From contig CAVUWA010000005.1 of the NCBI GenBank assembly GCA_963744995.1, forward strand, positions 32,001-96,000: a stretch of 64,000 nucleotides of DNA. Reading direction: 5' to 3'. The position numbers and the translations under genes are program-made. This DNA is from Candidatus Eiseniibacteriota bacterium (lineage in GTDB: Bacteria > Eisenbacteria > RBG-16-71-46). Under the pieces are notes generated by a model. It searched no databases, had not been told where the DNA came from, and saw nothing but the letters and a program-made list of their open reading frames with translations. This document shows positions 18,978-29,300 of the stretch, in pieces (position 1 is the stretch's first letter; each line of letters begins with the position of its first letter).

Positions 18978-19373
18978 ATGCCCCATTCACCCGCCCGCCC
19001 GCGCCGCCCGGCCCGGACACGACGCCGGTCGCGTGGCGAGGCGCCGGCCGACCGAGTGCGCCGCGCGCTCGAAGACAATGACCAGGTCGAGCGACTGTCG
19101 CGCATCTTCCGCGCGCTCGGCGACCCGACCCGCAGTCGCGTCGTCTACGCGCTGTCGATCGAAGAGCTGTGCGTCACCGACCTCGCGGCCGCGCTCGGCA
19201 CCTCGCTCTCGGCCGTGTCGCATCAGCTGCGCATCCTCCGCGACCTCGAAATGGTGCGCGTCCGGCGCGACGGCCGCAGCCAGCGCTACGCGCTCAACGA
19301 ACATACGTTCGGCTTCTGCTCGCCACGCACCTGCCAGGTGTGGCAGCAGACGCTGACCCCGATCGAAACATGA
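18978..19373 (+). CDS. ArsR/SmtB family metalloregulatory repressor
   Basis: FRALGDPTR, ELCVTDLA, SAVSHQLRILR, RRDGR...YAL; C-terminal CSPRTC. Confidence 0.93.
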   Translation: MPHSPARPRRPARTRRRSRGEAPADRVRRALEDNDQVERLSRIFRALGDPTRSRVVYALSIEELCVTDLAAALGTSLSAVSHQLRILRDLEMVRVRRDGRSQRYALNEHTFGFCSPRTCQVWQQTLTPIET

Positions 19374-19485
19374 AGGCCCGGGAGCGAACCGCAGGCCGGT
19401 CGCGCCGTCGCCACCGGGCGATGCCGCGCCGCTGACCCCATCGAGTCCCTTCTGAATTCCTGACCATCCGGAGCCACTCTTTCCC

Positions 19486-20730
19486 ATGTTCGAAGCCATC
19501 ATCATCACGTTGCGCGAAGGCGTCGAGGCGGCGCTCGTGCTGGCCATCGCCTTGAGCTTCCTGCGCCGGCGCGAGCGTCCCGATCTGGTGACCCCGCTGT
19601 TCGCGGGCGCCGCAGTCGCCGTCGTCGCGTCGGGAATCGCCGCGTTCGTGCTCGGCCATCTGACGCTCAACGAGGAGCTCACCGAAGGCATCACCATGCT
19701 GATCGGCGCCGTGCTGGTCTTCTCGCTGGTCTGGTACATGTGGCGCGCCGGGCCGCGCATGAAGACCGAGGTCGAGTCCGGAATGGAGAAGGCGGCCAGC
19801 GGCCTCGGCGCGCTCGGCATGTTCCTGTTCTCGTTCGGCATGATCTTCCGCGAGGGACTGGAGACCGCCGTGTTCCTCTCGGCGGCGCACTTCAACAGTC
19901 AGGGCGTCGGCATCTGGATCGGCGCGCTCGCCGGCCTCGCCGCCGCGACCGTGTTCGGCGTGTTGTTCGTGCGCGGCATGATCCGGATCCCGCTCAAGCC
20001 GTTCTTCACGGTGACCTCCGCGGTGCTGTCGCTGCTCGGCCTGCAGCTGCTGGTCGGCGGGCTGCACGAGCTGTCGGAGGCCGAGGTCATTCCTTCCAGC
20101 CGCACCGAGATGGCGCTCATCGGCCCGATCGTGAAGAGCGAGCTGCTGCTGTTCACGCTGACGATCGCGCTGGTCGCCGGCTGGCTGCTGTTCGCGCCGC
20201 AGGCGGCGCCCGCAGCCGCCCGGGCCGGGGGCGCGGAGGCGCGCCTGGCGCGCGCGCGGCAGGCCGAAGACCGCCGCCGCCGCCGCTGGACCGGCGCGCT
20301 CGGCCTCGTCGTCGTGGTGATTCTCGCCACCGCGTTCGTGCAGGGATCGCACGTCCCGGGACGTGCGCCGGCCGTTCCGCTCACCGCGGCGGGCGGTACC
20401 GTTTCGATCGACGCCGCCGCGGTCGCCGACGGACACATCCACTTCTACGAAACCGAAATCGGCGGGCAGACGGCGCGCTTCTTCGCGATCCGCGTCGGCA
20501 ACGAGGTGCGCACCTGCTTCGATGGCTGCGAGATCTGCGGCGACGTCGGCTACTACGAGTCCGGCCACCAGCTGATCTGCCGCAACTGCACGTCGCCGAT
20601 CGCGACCGCCACCGTCGGCCGCGCCGGCGGGTGCAATCCGGTGCCGCTGCCGAGTCGTGTGGACAGCGGGCGCGTGATCGTGAACCTGGCGGATCTCGCC
20701 GACGGGTGGCCGCGCCTCGAGGGCCACTGA
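19486..20730 (+). CDS. FTR1 (ILT/OFeT) metal permease fused to DUF2318 Cys-rich domain
   Basis: Two RExxE motifs (LREGVE, FREGLE), GLHEL, multiple TM helices; C-terminal CFDGCEIC...ICRNC...GGCNPVP. Confidence 0.9.
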   Translation: MFEAIIITLREGVEAALVLAIALSFLRRRERPDLVTPLFAGAAVAVVASGIAAFVLGHLTLNEELTEGITMLIGAVLVFSLVWYMWRAGPRMKTEVESGMEKAASGLGALGMFLFSFGMIFREGLETAVFLSAAHFNSQGVGIWIGALAGLAAATVFGVLFVRGMIRIPLKPFFTVTSAVLSLLGLQLLVGGLHELSEAEVIPSSRTEMALIGPIVKSELLLFTLTIALVAGWLLFAPQAAPAAARAGGAEARLARARQAEDRRRRRWTGALGLVVVVILATAFVQGSHVPGRAPAVPLTAAGGTVSIDAAAVADGHIHFYETEIGGQTARFFAIRVGNEVRTCFDGCEICGDVGYYESGHQLICRNCTSPIATATVGRAGGCNPVPLPSRVDSGRVIVNLADLADGWPRLEGH

Positions 20731-20733
20731 GCC

Positions 20734-21990
20734 GTGCGCTGGCGCCTGATCCGCAGTTCGCTCGCACGCCGGCGCGCGCGCCTCGCGCTGGCGATGGCGG
20801 CCGTCACGATGGGCGTCGGCGTCGCCATCACCCTCGCGACGCTGTCGCTGCGCGTGGGCGACGATCTCGCCCGCGACCTGCGCGGCTCGGGCCCCAACTT
20901 CGCGCTGCTGCCGAAGGGCGCCTCGTGGTCGCCCGATCTGGGCGGCGCCGACTATGTGCCGGCGCGCGCCGGCGGCGCGCTCGACGAGCGGGCCGTGGCG
21001 GGCATGAAGCGCACGTTCTGGAAGAACAACATTCTCGAGGCCGCGCCCGAGCTCAATGCCGGCGCGCACGCGGGCGACCACGCGTTCGTCGTGAGCGGTA
21101 CCTGGTTCGCCCATGACGTTCCGACCGGGGACGGACCCTGGCCGACCGGCCTCACCGCGCTGCATCCGCGCTGGACGATCGAAGGGCGCTGGCCCCCTGC
21201 GGGCGGCGACGGCATCGCGCTCGGGCGCGACCTCGCACGCCGGCTCGGCGCCGCGCCCGGGGATCGCATCGAGACCGATCTCGCGGGCCGGCGCGCGGCC
21301 TTCGAGGTCACCGGCATCGTCCGCGCCGGCGGACTCGACGACCGCCGGGCGTGGGCGCCGCTCGAGCGGATCCAGGCGCTGACCGGGCGCCCCGGGGAAA
21401 TCGATCGCGTCTGGTTCAGCGCGCTGGTGCGGCCGACGCCGCCCGGACCGGAGCCCGACCCGAAAGCCGATCCACGCGCCTACGAAACCTACATGTGTAC
21501 CGCGTACCCGATCGTGATCGCGCGCGACATCGAAGCGGAGGTCCCGGGCGTCGAGGCGCACCCGCTCGCCGAGGTCGTCGCGGGCGAAGCGCAGGTCGTG
21601 GGTCGCCTGAACCTGCTCATGCTGCTGCTCGCGCTCGCGGCGGTCACGGTCTCGGTGCTCGGACTCGTCTCCACGACCACCGCGTCGGTGGTCGAGCGCA
21701 GCGTCGAGATCGGGCTGCTGCGCGCGATCGGTGCGGGCCCCGCCGAAATCGCCGCGCTGCTGCTCGGCGAAACCGCGCTCGTTTCGCTGTTCGGCGGCGC
21801 GCTCGGCTGGGCGCTCGGCAGCGCCGCCGCCGCGGCGATCCGCGGCGACGTGTTCGGCGCCGGCGCGACGTTCCAGCCGGTGCTGTTGCCGATCGCCATC
21901 GCGCTGGCGCTGGCGATCGCGATCGCCGGCACCCTGGCCCCGCTGCGCGTGGCGCTGCGGGTGGACCCCGCGGCGGTGCTGCGTGGCTGA
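20734..21990 (+). CDS. ABC transporter permease, MacB/FtsX family (FetB-like)
   Basis: N-terminal TM, periplasmic domain with CTAY motif, ERSVEIGLLRAIGA, ends DPAAVLRG. Confidence 0.88.
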   Translation: MRWRLIRSSLARRRARLALAMAAVTMGVGVAITLATLSLRVGDDLARDLRGSGPNFALLPKGASWSPDLGGADYVPARAGGALDERAVAGMKRTFWKNNILEAAPELNAGAHAGDHAFVVSGTWFAHDVPTGDGPWPTGLTALHPRWTIEGRWPPAGGDGIALGRDLARRLGAAPGDRIETDLAGRRAAFEVTGIVRAGGLDDRRAWAPLERIQALTGRPGEIDRVWFSALVRPTPPGPEPDPKADPRAYETYMCTAYPIVIARDIEAEVPGVEAHPLAEVVAGEAQVVGRLNLLMLLLALAAVTVSVLGLVSTTTASVVERSVEIGLLRAIGAGPAEIAALLLGETALVSLFGGALGWALGSAAAAAIRGDVFGAGATFQPVLLPIAIALALAIAIAGTLAPLRVALRVDPAAVLRG

Positions 21991-23110
21991 GCGCCCCCGC
22001 ATGGACGCGCGTCTGTTGCGCGCCGCGCTGTGGCGGCGCCGCGGCATGGTCACGCTCGCGGTGCTCGCGGTGGCGATCGGCAGCTCGGTCGCGGCGGCCA
22101 TGCTGCACGTGGCGATCGACGTCTCGAACAAGGTCGGCCGCGAGTTGCGCGCACTCGGACCGAATGCGCTGCTGGTGCCTGCCGACGTGCGCACGCCCGA
22201 GGGAGCGCTCCAGGCGTCACGGTTCATGGACGCGGCCGCGGCGCGCCGGCACATCGCAAGAGCGGGCGCGCAGGGCGCGCTGCTGCTCTATGCGTCCGGC
22301 GTCGCGGACGAGCGGCCGATTCCACTCGTCGGCGCCGATCTCGACGCCGCGCGCGCCCTGCATCCCGGCTGGCGCGTCCGCGGCGCCGCGCACGGCACGC
22401 TGCTCGGGGTGACGCTCGCCGCGCGCTTCGGCGTGCAGCCCGGCGATACGCTCTTGCTCGGCGTGGCCGGACACGCGGAGCGGGTGCGCATGCCGGTGGA
22501 CGCACTGCTCGAGACCGGCGGGCCGGACGACGAGGCGTGGTGGGTGCCGCTCGCCGCGGTGCAGCAACTCGCCGGCCTCGAAGGCTGGGCGAGCCTCGCC
22601 CAGCTCCGGGTCGAGGGTCACGACGCGGCCGCGGCCGCGACGCTCGCCGGGCTTTCCGGGGACGGCATCGAAGTCCTGCCGCTGCACGCGCTGTCCGACA
22701 CCGAGGCGGGGCTGCTCGAGCGCATGGGGCGGCTGATGCTGCTCGTCACCATCGCGGCGATCGTGGCCGGCGGGCTCGCGGCGTTCGGTACGCTCACCGA
22801 CCTCGCGCTGGTCAGGCGCCGCGAGATCGCGCTCATGAAGTCGCTCGGCGCCAGGCGCCGCGACATCGTGCGCCAGTTCCTCTACGAGTCGCTGGTGATC
22901 GGCGCCGCGGGCGGCGCGCTCGGCTGGGCGATCGGCGTCGTGTTCGCGACCATCATCGGGCGCGAGGTGTTCCATGCCGCGATCGCGTTGCATCCGGTGG
23001 TGCCGCTGCTGGTGCTCGCCCTGGCGCTGTTCGTGTCCGTGCTCGCGGGACTCGGGCCGGTGCGGCTCGCGCTCGGCGTCGAGCCGGCCGCGGTGCTGAA
23101 GGGAGACTGA
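21983..23110 (+). CDS. ABC transporter permease, MacB/FtsX family (FetC-like)
   Basis: ELRALGPN, RRREIALMKSLGA, ends EPAAVLKGD. Start is GTG 21983 or ATG 22001. Confidence 0.88.
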   Translation: MAERPRMDARLLRAALWRRRGMVTLAVLAVAIGSSVAAAMLHVAIDVSNKVGRELRALGPNALLVPADVRTPEGALQASRFMDAAAARRHIARAGAQGALLLYASGVADERPIPLVGADLDAARALHPGWRVRGAAHGTLLGVTLAARFGVQPGDTLLLGVAGHAERVRMPVDALLETGGPDDEAWWVPLAAVQQLAGLEGWASLAQLRVEGHDAAAAATLAGLSGDGIEVLPLHALSDTEAGLLERMGRLMLLVTIAAIVAGGLAAFGTLTDLALVRRREIALMKSLGARRRDIVRQFLYESLVIGAAGGALGWAIGVVFATIIGREVFHAAIALHPVVPLLVLALALFVSVLAGLGPVRLALGVEPAAVLKGD

Positions 23111-23111
23111 A

Positions 23112-24197
23112 GTGAAGGGCGCCCCGGTCCGGTTCGAGAACGTGTCGCGCCATTACGGCGAGCTGCGCGCACTCGACGGCGTGGATCTCGTGATCCCCGC
23201 GGGCGAATGGCTCGCGGTGATGGGGCCCTCGGGCTCAGGCAAGAGCACGCTCGTCAATCTGCTCGCCGCGCTCGACCGGCCGAGCGGCGGGCGGATCCGG
23301 ATCGGCGACGCCGACCTGACCGCGATGTCCGAGAGCGCGCGCGTGCGCTTTCGCCGCGAGCACGTGGGCATCGTGTTCCAGCAGTTCCACCTGTTCCCGT
23401 ACCTCAACGCGCTCGAGAACGTGATGGTCGCGCAACACTTCCATTCCATGGCCGACGAGAAGGAAGCGCGTGCCGCGCTCGAGCGCGTGCAGCTCGCCGA
23501 CCGTGCGCATCACCTGCCGTCGCAGCTCTCGGGCGGAGAGCAGCAGCGCGTTTGCGTGGCGCGCGCGCTCGTCAACGAACCGCAGCTGATCCTCGCCGAC
23601 GAACCGACCGGCAATCTCGACGAGGCCAACGAGGAACGCGTGCTGCGGCTGTTCGAAGAGCTGCACGGCGAGGGTCGCACGATCGTGATGGTCACCCACT
23701 CGGCGAAGATCGGGAACCTCGCCGATCGGCGCGTCGAGCTCGCCCACGGACGCCTCGCCGATCTCACCGTGCACGACGAGGAGATCGAGCGCCGCTACGA
23801 CGAGGTGCTGGTGCAGCTGTGGGAGCTGGAGGAGGACTGCGCCGAGGCGCGGCCCGAGAAGATCGTGGTGCCGGACGTCGTGGACAACCGCCGCACGCTG
23901 CAGGGCATGGTGGAGAGCGGCCTCGTGCAGATTCCGAACGGGACGCTGACCTGGACGCCGCGCGGCCGCTCGCGCGCCGAGGACCTGATCCGGCGCCGGC
24001 GGCTGGCCGAGGTGCTGTTCTCCACGGCGCTCCATCTGTCGCAGTCGGAGGTCGAGGCGGCGGCGTGCCGGATGGAGCACATCATCGATCCCGGCGTCAC
24101 CAACAGCATCTGCGGATTCCTCGGCCACCCGCGACGCTGTCCGCACGGGCGCCCGATCCCGCGCGGGCGTTGCTGCGACTTCCCGATCGTCTCCTGA
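23112..24197 (+). CDS. ABC ATPase (LolD/MacB type) fused to a DtxR/MntR-like metal-binding/dimerisation domain
   Basis: GPSGSGKS, LSGGEQQR, ILADEPTGNLD, VTH; C-terminal RRRRLAEVLF...ACRMEH...CPHGRPIP..CC. Confidence 0.9.
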   Translation: MKGAPVRFENVSRHYGELRALDGVDLVIPAGEWLAVMGPSGSGKSTLVNLLAALDRPSGGRIRIGDADLTAMSESARVRFRREHVGIVFQQFHLFPYLNALENVMVAQHFHSMADEKEARAALERVQLADRAHHLPSQLSGGEQQRVCVARALVNEPQLILADEPTGNLDEANEERVLRLFEELHGEGRTIVMVTHSAKIGNLADRRVELAHGRLADLTVHDEEIERRYDEVLVQLWELEEDCAEARPEKIVVPDVVDNRRTLQGMVESGLVQIPNGTLTWTPRGRSRAEDLIRRRRLAEVLFSTALHLSQSEVEAAACRMEHIIDPGVTNSICGFLGHPRRCPHGRPIPRGRCCDFPIVS

Positions 24198-25018
24198 TGG
24201 CCGCGGTCGATCCGGCGGGCGCCCGCGCCCGCCTGCCGGAAGCGGCGCTTCTCGACTGCCGCCCGGACGCCGCGTTCGCCGCGGGCCACCTGCCCGGCAG
24301 CGGCCACCTGCCGCATGCGGCGCTCGCCGCGCGGCGCTACGAGCTACCGCCGCGCGATCGGCCGGTGCTCGTGGTCGGGCGCGACGGCGCCGAGGCGCGC
24401 GCCGCGGCCGAGGCGCTCGCGGCGCTCGGCTACGCACACGCCGACTGGCTCGACGCACCGTGGAACGCACTGCTCGAGGGCCCGGCCGAGCGCGGCGCGG
24501 CAGCGCCGCTCTGGCGCCCTTCGCCGTGGCTGGCCCGGCGCCTTCCGCTGGTTCCGCGCGGCCTCGCGCTCGACGTCGCCTGCGGCGCCGGCCGCGAGGC
24601 GGTGTTCCTCGCCATGCACGGCTTCGAGGTCGAAGCGATCGATCACGCGCCGGAGGCGCTGGCGTGGGCGAATGCGCTGGCCGCGCGCCACGGCGTCGTG
24701 GTCGCGACCCGCGCCGTCGATCTCGAAGCCCCCGGCGCCGCGTTGCCGGAAGGCCGCTACGCGCTGGTCACCGTATTCCGCTTCCTGCACCGTCCGCTGC
24801 TCGCCGCGATCGCGGCAGCGCTCGCGCCGGGAGGCCATCTGATCTACGAGACGTTCCGCCGTGGCCAGGAACGCCACGGCCGGCCGACGCACCCGCGCTT
24901 CCTGCTGTGGCCCGGCGAGCTCGAGCGCGCTTTCCCCGGACTCGAGATCCTCGCCGCCCAGGAAAGCGAACCCGCGGGCGGCCCGGTGATGGCGCAGCTC
25001 CACGCCCGCAGGCCCTGA
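24197..25018 (+). CDS. rhodanese-like domain fused to class I SAM methyltransferase (TehB-like)
   Basis: LLDCR...FAAGHLPGS, then ALDVACGAGR, FRFLHR, LAPGG.LIYETF; TGATG coupling to the ATPase. Confidence 0.85.
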   Translation: MAAVDPAGARARLPEAALLDCRPDAAFAAGHLPGSGHLPHAALAARRYELPPRDRPVLVVGRDGAEARAAAEALAALGYAHADWLDAPWNALLEGPAERGAAAPLWRPSPWLARRLPLVPRGLALDVACGAGREAVFLAMHGFEVEAIDHAPEALAWANALAARHGVVVATRAVDLEAPGAALPEGRYALVTVFRFLHRPLLAAIAAALAPGGHLIYETFRRGQERHGRPTHPRFLLWPGELERAFPGLEILAAQESEPAGGPVMAQLHARRP

Positions 25019-25164
25019 GGAACGGTCCTGCCGTCAACCGGCGCACGCGCCGTCGCGCCCGTGCCGCACCGGAGAGCACGCTGGTGAAAGGATTGCCCGC
25101 GTCCGTGACGCTTGACCGGAACGCAACGGGCGCCGCGGGGCGCGAACGGCTATGGTCCCCGCCC

Positions 25165-26325
25165 ATGACTTCCGATCGCAGCCACTCACGCCGGGGCGGG
25201 CCGCACGCCGCCCGCCTTCCGTTCGCACCCGCCGCCGGCCGCCCCGGCGCTCTGCTCGCCCTCGCCTTCGCCCTGGCCGTGCTGCCATCGTGCTCCGGCA
25301 AGGCCGGCGGCCAGGCCGGCTTCCAGATGCCGCCCACCCCGGTCGAGATCGCGAGCGTCACGCCCACCACGGTCAGCGACCAGTTCCGGGCACTCGGCAG
25401 CATCGATTCGGACGAACAGATCGACGTCGTCGCCGAGATCAGCGCCAAGGTGCTCGAACTGCCGTTCGCCGAGGGCCAGGCCGTGCGGACGGGACAGGTG
25501 CTCGTGCGGCTCGACGATTCGGAGATCCGGGCACAGGCGCTGCGCGCCGAAGCGGAGCGCGACCGCGCACGCTCGGACTACGAGCGGGCGAAGCAGCTCT
25601 TCGACCGCAACGCGATCTCGGCCAAGGAACTCGAGGACGCGAGCGTGGACCTGCGCGTCGCCGAGGCCGACGAGCAGGTGGCCCGCGCACGCCTCGACAA
25701 AACCGTGATCCGGGCGCCGTTCGCGGGGCTGGTCGGCCGCCGCCGGATCTCCACGGGCGCCTACGTGAGCGTCGGCCAGCAGCTCACCGAGCTCGCGCGC
25801 GTGGACCGCATGCGGGTGACGTTCGCCGCGCCCGAGCGTTACATGGGCGACCTGCGGGTCGGCGTACCGGTGAGCCTCCACACGCCGGCCTATCCCGGCG
25901 TGACCTTCCGCGGCCGCCTGAGCGTGGTGGATCCGATCGTCGATCCCGAGGCCCGAACGGTGCAGCTGGTGGCGAGCGTGCCGAACGAGGGGCGCCGCCT
26001 GCGTCCCGGGATGTCGGCCGACGTGAGCGTGACGATTGCGCAGCGCACGGGCGCGCTGATGGTGCCCGACGAGGCGGTATTCGCCGAGGGCAACCAGGAC
26101 TTCGTGTACGTCGTCCAGGAGGACAGCACCGTCGCGCGCGCCGCGATCCGCCTCGGCACGCGCGACAGCGCCAGAGTCGAGGTCCTGGGCGGCCTCGATG
26201 CCGGGGCGCGCGTCGTGCGGGCCGGCCATCAGAAGCTCTACGACGGCGCGCGTATCCTGCCGGTCTCGAGCGCGGATGGCGCGGGCGGCGAAACGGCCGC
26301 CGCCGGCGCAGGGGACGCCCCTTGA
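25165..26325 (+). CDS. RND efflux membrane fusion protein
   Basis: Lipobox-like LPSC, EGQAVRTGQVLVRLD, IRAPFAG, LRPGM, VPDEAV. Start approximate. Confidence 0.92.
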   Translation: MTSDRSHSRRGGPHAARLPFAPAAGRPGALLALAFALAVLPSCSGKAGGQAGFQMPPTPVEIASVTPTTVSDQFRALGSIDSDEQIDVVAEISAKVLELPFAEGQAVRTGQVLVRLDDSEIRAQALRAEAERDRARSDYERAKQLFDRNAISAKELEDASVDLRVAEADEQVARARLDKTVIRAPFAGLVGRRRISTGAYVSVGQQLTELARVDRMRVTFAAPERYMGDLRVGVPVSLHTPAYPGVTFRGRLSVVDPIVDPEARTVQLVASVPNEGRRLRPGMSADVSVTIAQRTGALMVPDEAVFAEGNQDFVYVVQEDSTVARAAIRLGTRDSARVEVLGGLDAGARVVRAGHQKLYDGARILPVSSADGAGGETAAAGAGDAP

Positions 26326-29300
26326 AGCTGAGCGAGATCTCGGTCCAGCGGCCCGTGCTCGCCACGGTGCTGAGCCTCACGATCCTGCTGTTCGGTCTGC
26401 TGTCGTTCACGCGGCTGCCGGTGCGCGAGTATCCCGACATCGACTCGCCGGTCGTGAGCGTCAGCACGATCTACCGCGGCGCCAGTGCGCAGGTCGTGGA
26501 GACCGAGATCACCGACGTGCTCGAGGAGCAGCTCTCGACCATCGAGGGCGTCAAGCTCATCACCTCGTCGTCGCGCGAGCAGGTGTCGCGGGTCGCGATC
26601 GAGTTCAACCTGAACCGCGACATCGATCAGGCCGCGAACGACGTGCGCGATCGCGTCTCGCGCGTGCGCGGCTCGCTGCCGACCGACGCCGAGGAACCGG
26701 TGGTCGCCAAGCAGGACGTGAACGCCCAGCCGGTCATGTGGCTGGCCCTGAAGGGCGCGGGCCACAGCCTGCTCGAGCTCTCGGAGTTCGCCCACAACGT
26801 GCTCGAAGAGCGCATCCAGCGCATCGAGGGCGTGGGCTCGGTGTTCGTCGGCGCGTCGCGCCGTTATGCGATGCGGGTGTGGATCGATCCGCAGCGGCTC
26901 GCCTCCTACGGGCTCACCGTGGACGACGTCGAGGCGGCGCTCACCCACGGCAACGCGGAAATCCCCTCCGGACGCGTCGAGGGCGCGGGCCGCGAATTCG
27001 CGGTGCGCACGCGTGGCGAGCTCGCCACCGCGCAGGAGTTCGGCGACATCATCGTGTCCGAGACTCCGGGCGGCCTGATCCGGCTGTCCGACGTCGCCGA
27101 CGTGCGGCTCGGCGCCGAGGACGACCGCTCGGTGGCGCGTTTCGACGGCGTGCCCGCCGTGGGGCTCGGCATCACCAAGCAGCAGAAGGCCAGCACCGTG
27201 GCGGTCGCCGACCGGATCGAGGCGGCGCTGCCGGCGCTACGCGAGCTGCTGCCCGAGGGCATGGAGCTGGTCGCCGCCTACAACGGCTCGACGTTCATCA
27301 AGGACTCGATGCGCGAGGTGGTGATCACGATCGGCATCGCGTTCCTGCTGGTGTTCCTGGTGATCTTCATCTTCCTGGGCTCGCTGCGCGCCACCGTGAT
27401 CCCGGCGGTGGCGATTCCGGTGTCGCTGATCGGCGCGTTCACCGCCACCTACTTCCTCGGCTTCAGCCTCAACATCCTCACCCTGCTCGCGCTGGTGCTC
27501 GCCATCGGACTGGTGGTGGACGACGCCATCATCATGCTCGAGAACATCTACCGGCACATGGAGATGGGCAAGAACCGCTTCCGCGCGGCGCTCGACGGGG
27601 CCAAAGAAATCGGCTTCGCGATCGTCGCGACCACGGTCGCGCTGGTCGCGGTGTTCGTGCCGGTCGCGTTCCTCACCGGCCGCGTCGGGCGGCTGTTCAA
27701 CGAATTCGGCATCGCGGTCGCGGTGTCGGTGCTGATCTCGGGTTTCGTCGCGCTCACCCTGACGCCGATGCTGTGCTCGCTGATGCTCAAACGCCGCCAC
27801 TTCGGCACCGCGGAGGGCGAAGCGCCCGCAGCGGAGGCGGGCGCCGGCGAAGTGCTCGACCTCGAAGAGGCCGTCCCCGGCCCGCAGACGAAGTTCGACG
27901 CTTTCTTCCAGCGCATGGGCGCGGGCTACGAGCGCATTCTCGCGACGCTGCTCCACCACCGCCGCTTCGCCATGCTGGGCACGCTGGTGCTGGTCGCGCT
28001 CATCGCAGTGCTGTTTCGCGCGCTGCCGAGCGAGCTGGTGCCGACCGAGGATCGCGGCCTGATCTTCAATATCGTGCGTGCGCCCGAGGGCTCGACGCTC
28101 GAGTACACCGATCGCTACGTCCGGCAGGCCGAGGCGGTCTACCGCGACGTACCCGAAGTCGATGCCATGTTCACGGCCATCGGGCTCGGTTTCGGCGGAC
28201 CCGGCCGGGTGACCGATGCCTTCATGTTCGTGCGCCTCAAGCACTACGACGAGCGCAAGCGGTCCCAGCAGGCGATCGTGGCGAGCATCTTTCCGCGCAT
28301 CTTCGGCATTCCCGGCGTGCTGGCCTTCCCCATCAATCCGCCGAGCCTGGGCGGCGGCTTCGGCAGTCCGGTGCAGTTCGTGATCAAGGCCGAGACCTAC
28401 GACGACCTGCAGCGCGCGGTATCCGCGATGATGCGCGAGGCGCAGCAGCTCGGCTACCTCGTCAACATGGACTCGGACCTCAAGCTCAACAAGCCGCAGC
28501 TCGAAATCGAGATCGACCGCAACCGTGCGGCCGAGCTGGGCGTCTCGGTCACCGAGATCGGCGGCACCCTGCAAACGCTGCTCGGCGGGCGCACCGTCAC
28601 CAACTTCAAGCGCGGCAGCCGCGAGTACGACGTGATCGTGCAGGTTCCGCCGGCCGAGCGCGCGACCCCGGGGATCATCGACGCGCTCTACGTGCGCGGC
28701 CATCACGGCCTGACCCAGCTCGCCAGCGTCGTCCACGTCGAGCAGAAGGTCTCGCCGCGCGAACTCAACCACTTCAACCGCGAGCGCGCGGCCACGATCA
28801 GCGCGAACCTCGCCCCCGGCGTGACGCTCGGCAAGGCGCTCGCCGACCTGCGCGCGGCGGCGAAGCGCGTGCTGCCGGCCGGCGTCACCACCGATCTCGC
28901 CGGCCAGTCGCGTGAATTCGTCGAATCGAGCGGCGGACTCTACTTCCTGTTCGGCATCGCGCTGGTGTTCATCTTCCTGGTGCTGGCGGCGCAGTTCGAG
29001 AGTTTCATCCACCCGCTGACGATCCTGCTCTCGGTGCCGCTCGCCGTGCTCGGCGCGCTGCTGACGCTCTGGCTGTTCGGCATGACACTCAACATCTATT
29101 CGCAGATCGGTTTGATCATGCTGATCGGCCTGGTGACCAAGAACTCGATCCTGATCGTCGAGTACGCGAACCAGCGTCGCGAACGCGGCCAGCCGCTCGA
29201 GCAGGCGGTGCTCGACGCCGCGCGCATTCGCCTGCGGCCGATCCTGATGACCGCGCTCGCCACGATGATGGGCGTGCTGCCGATCGCGCTCGGCCTCGGC

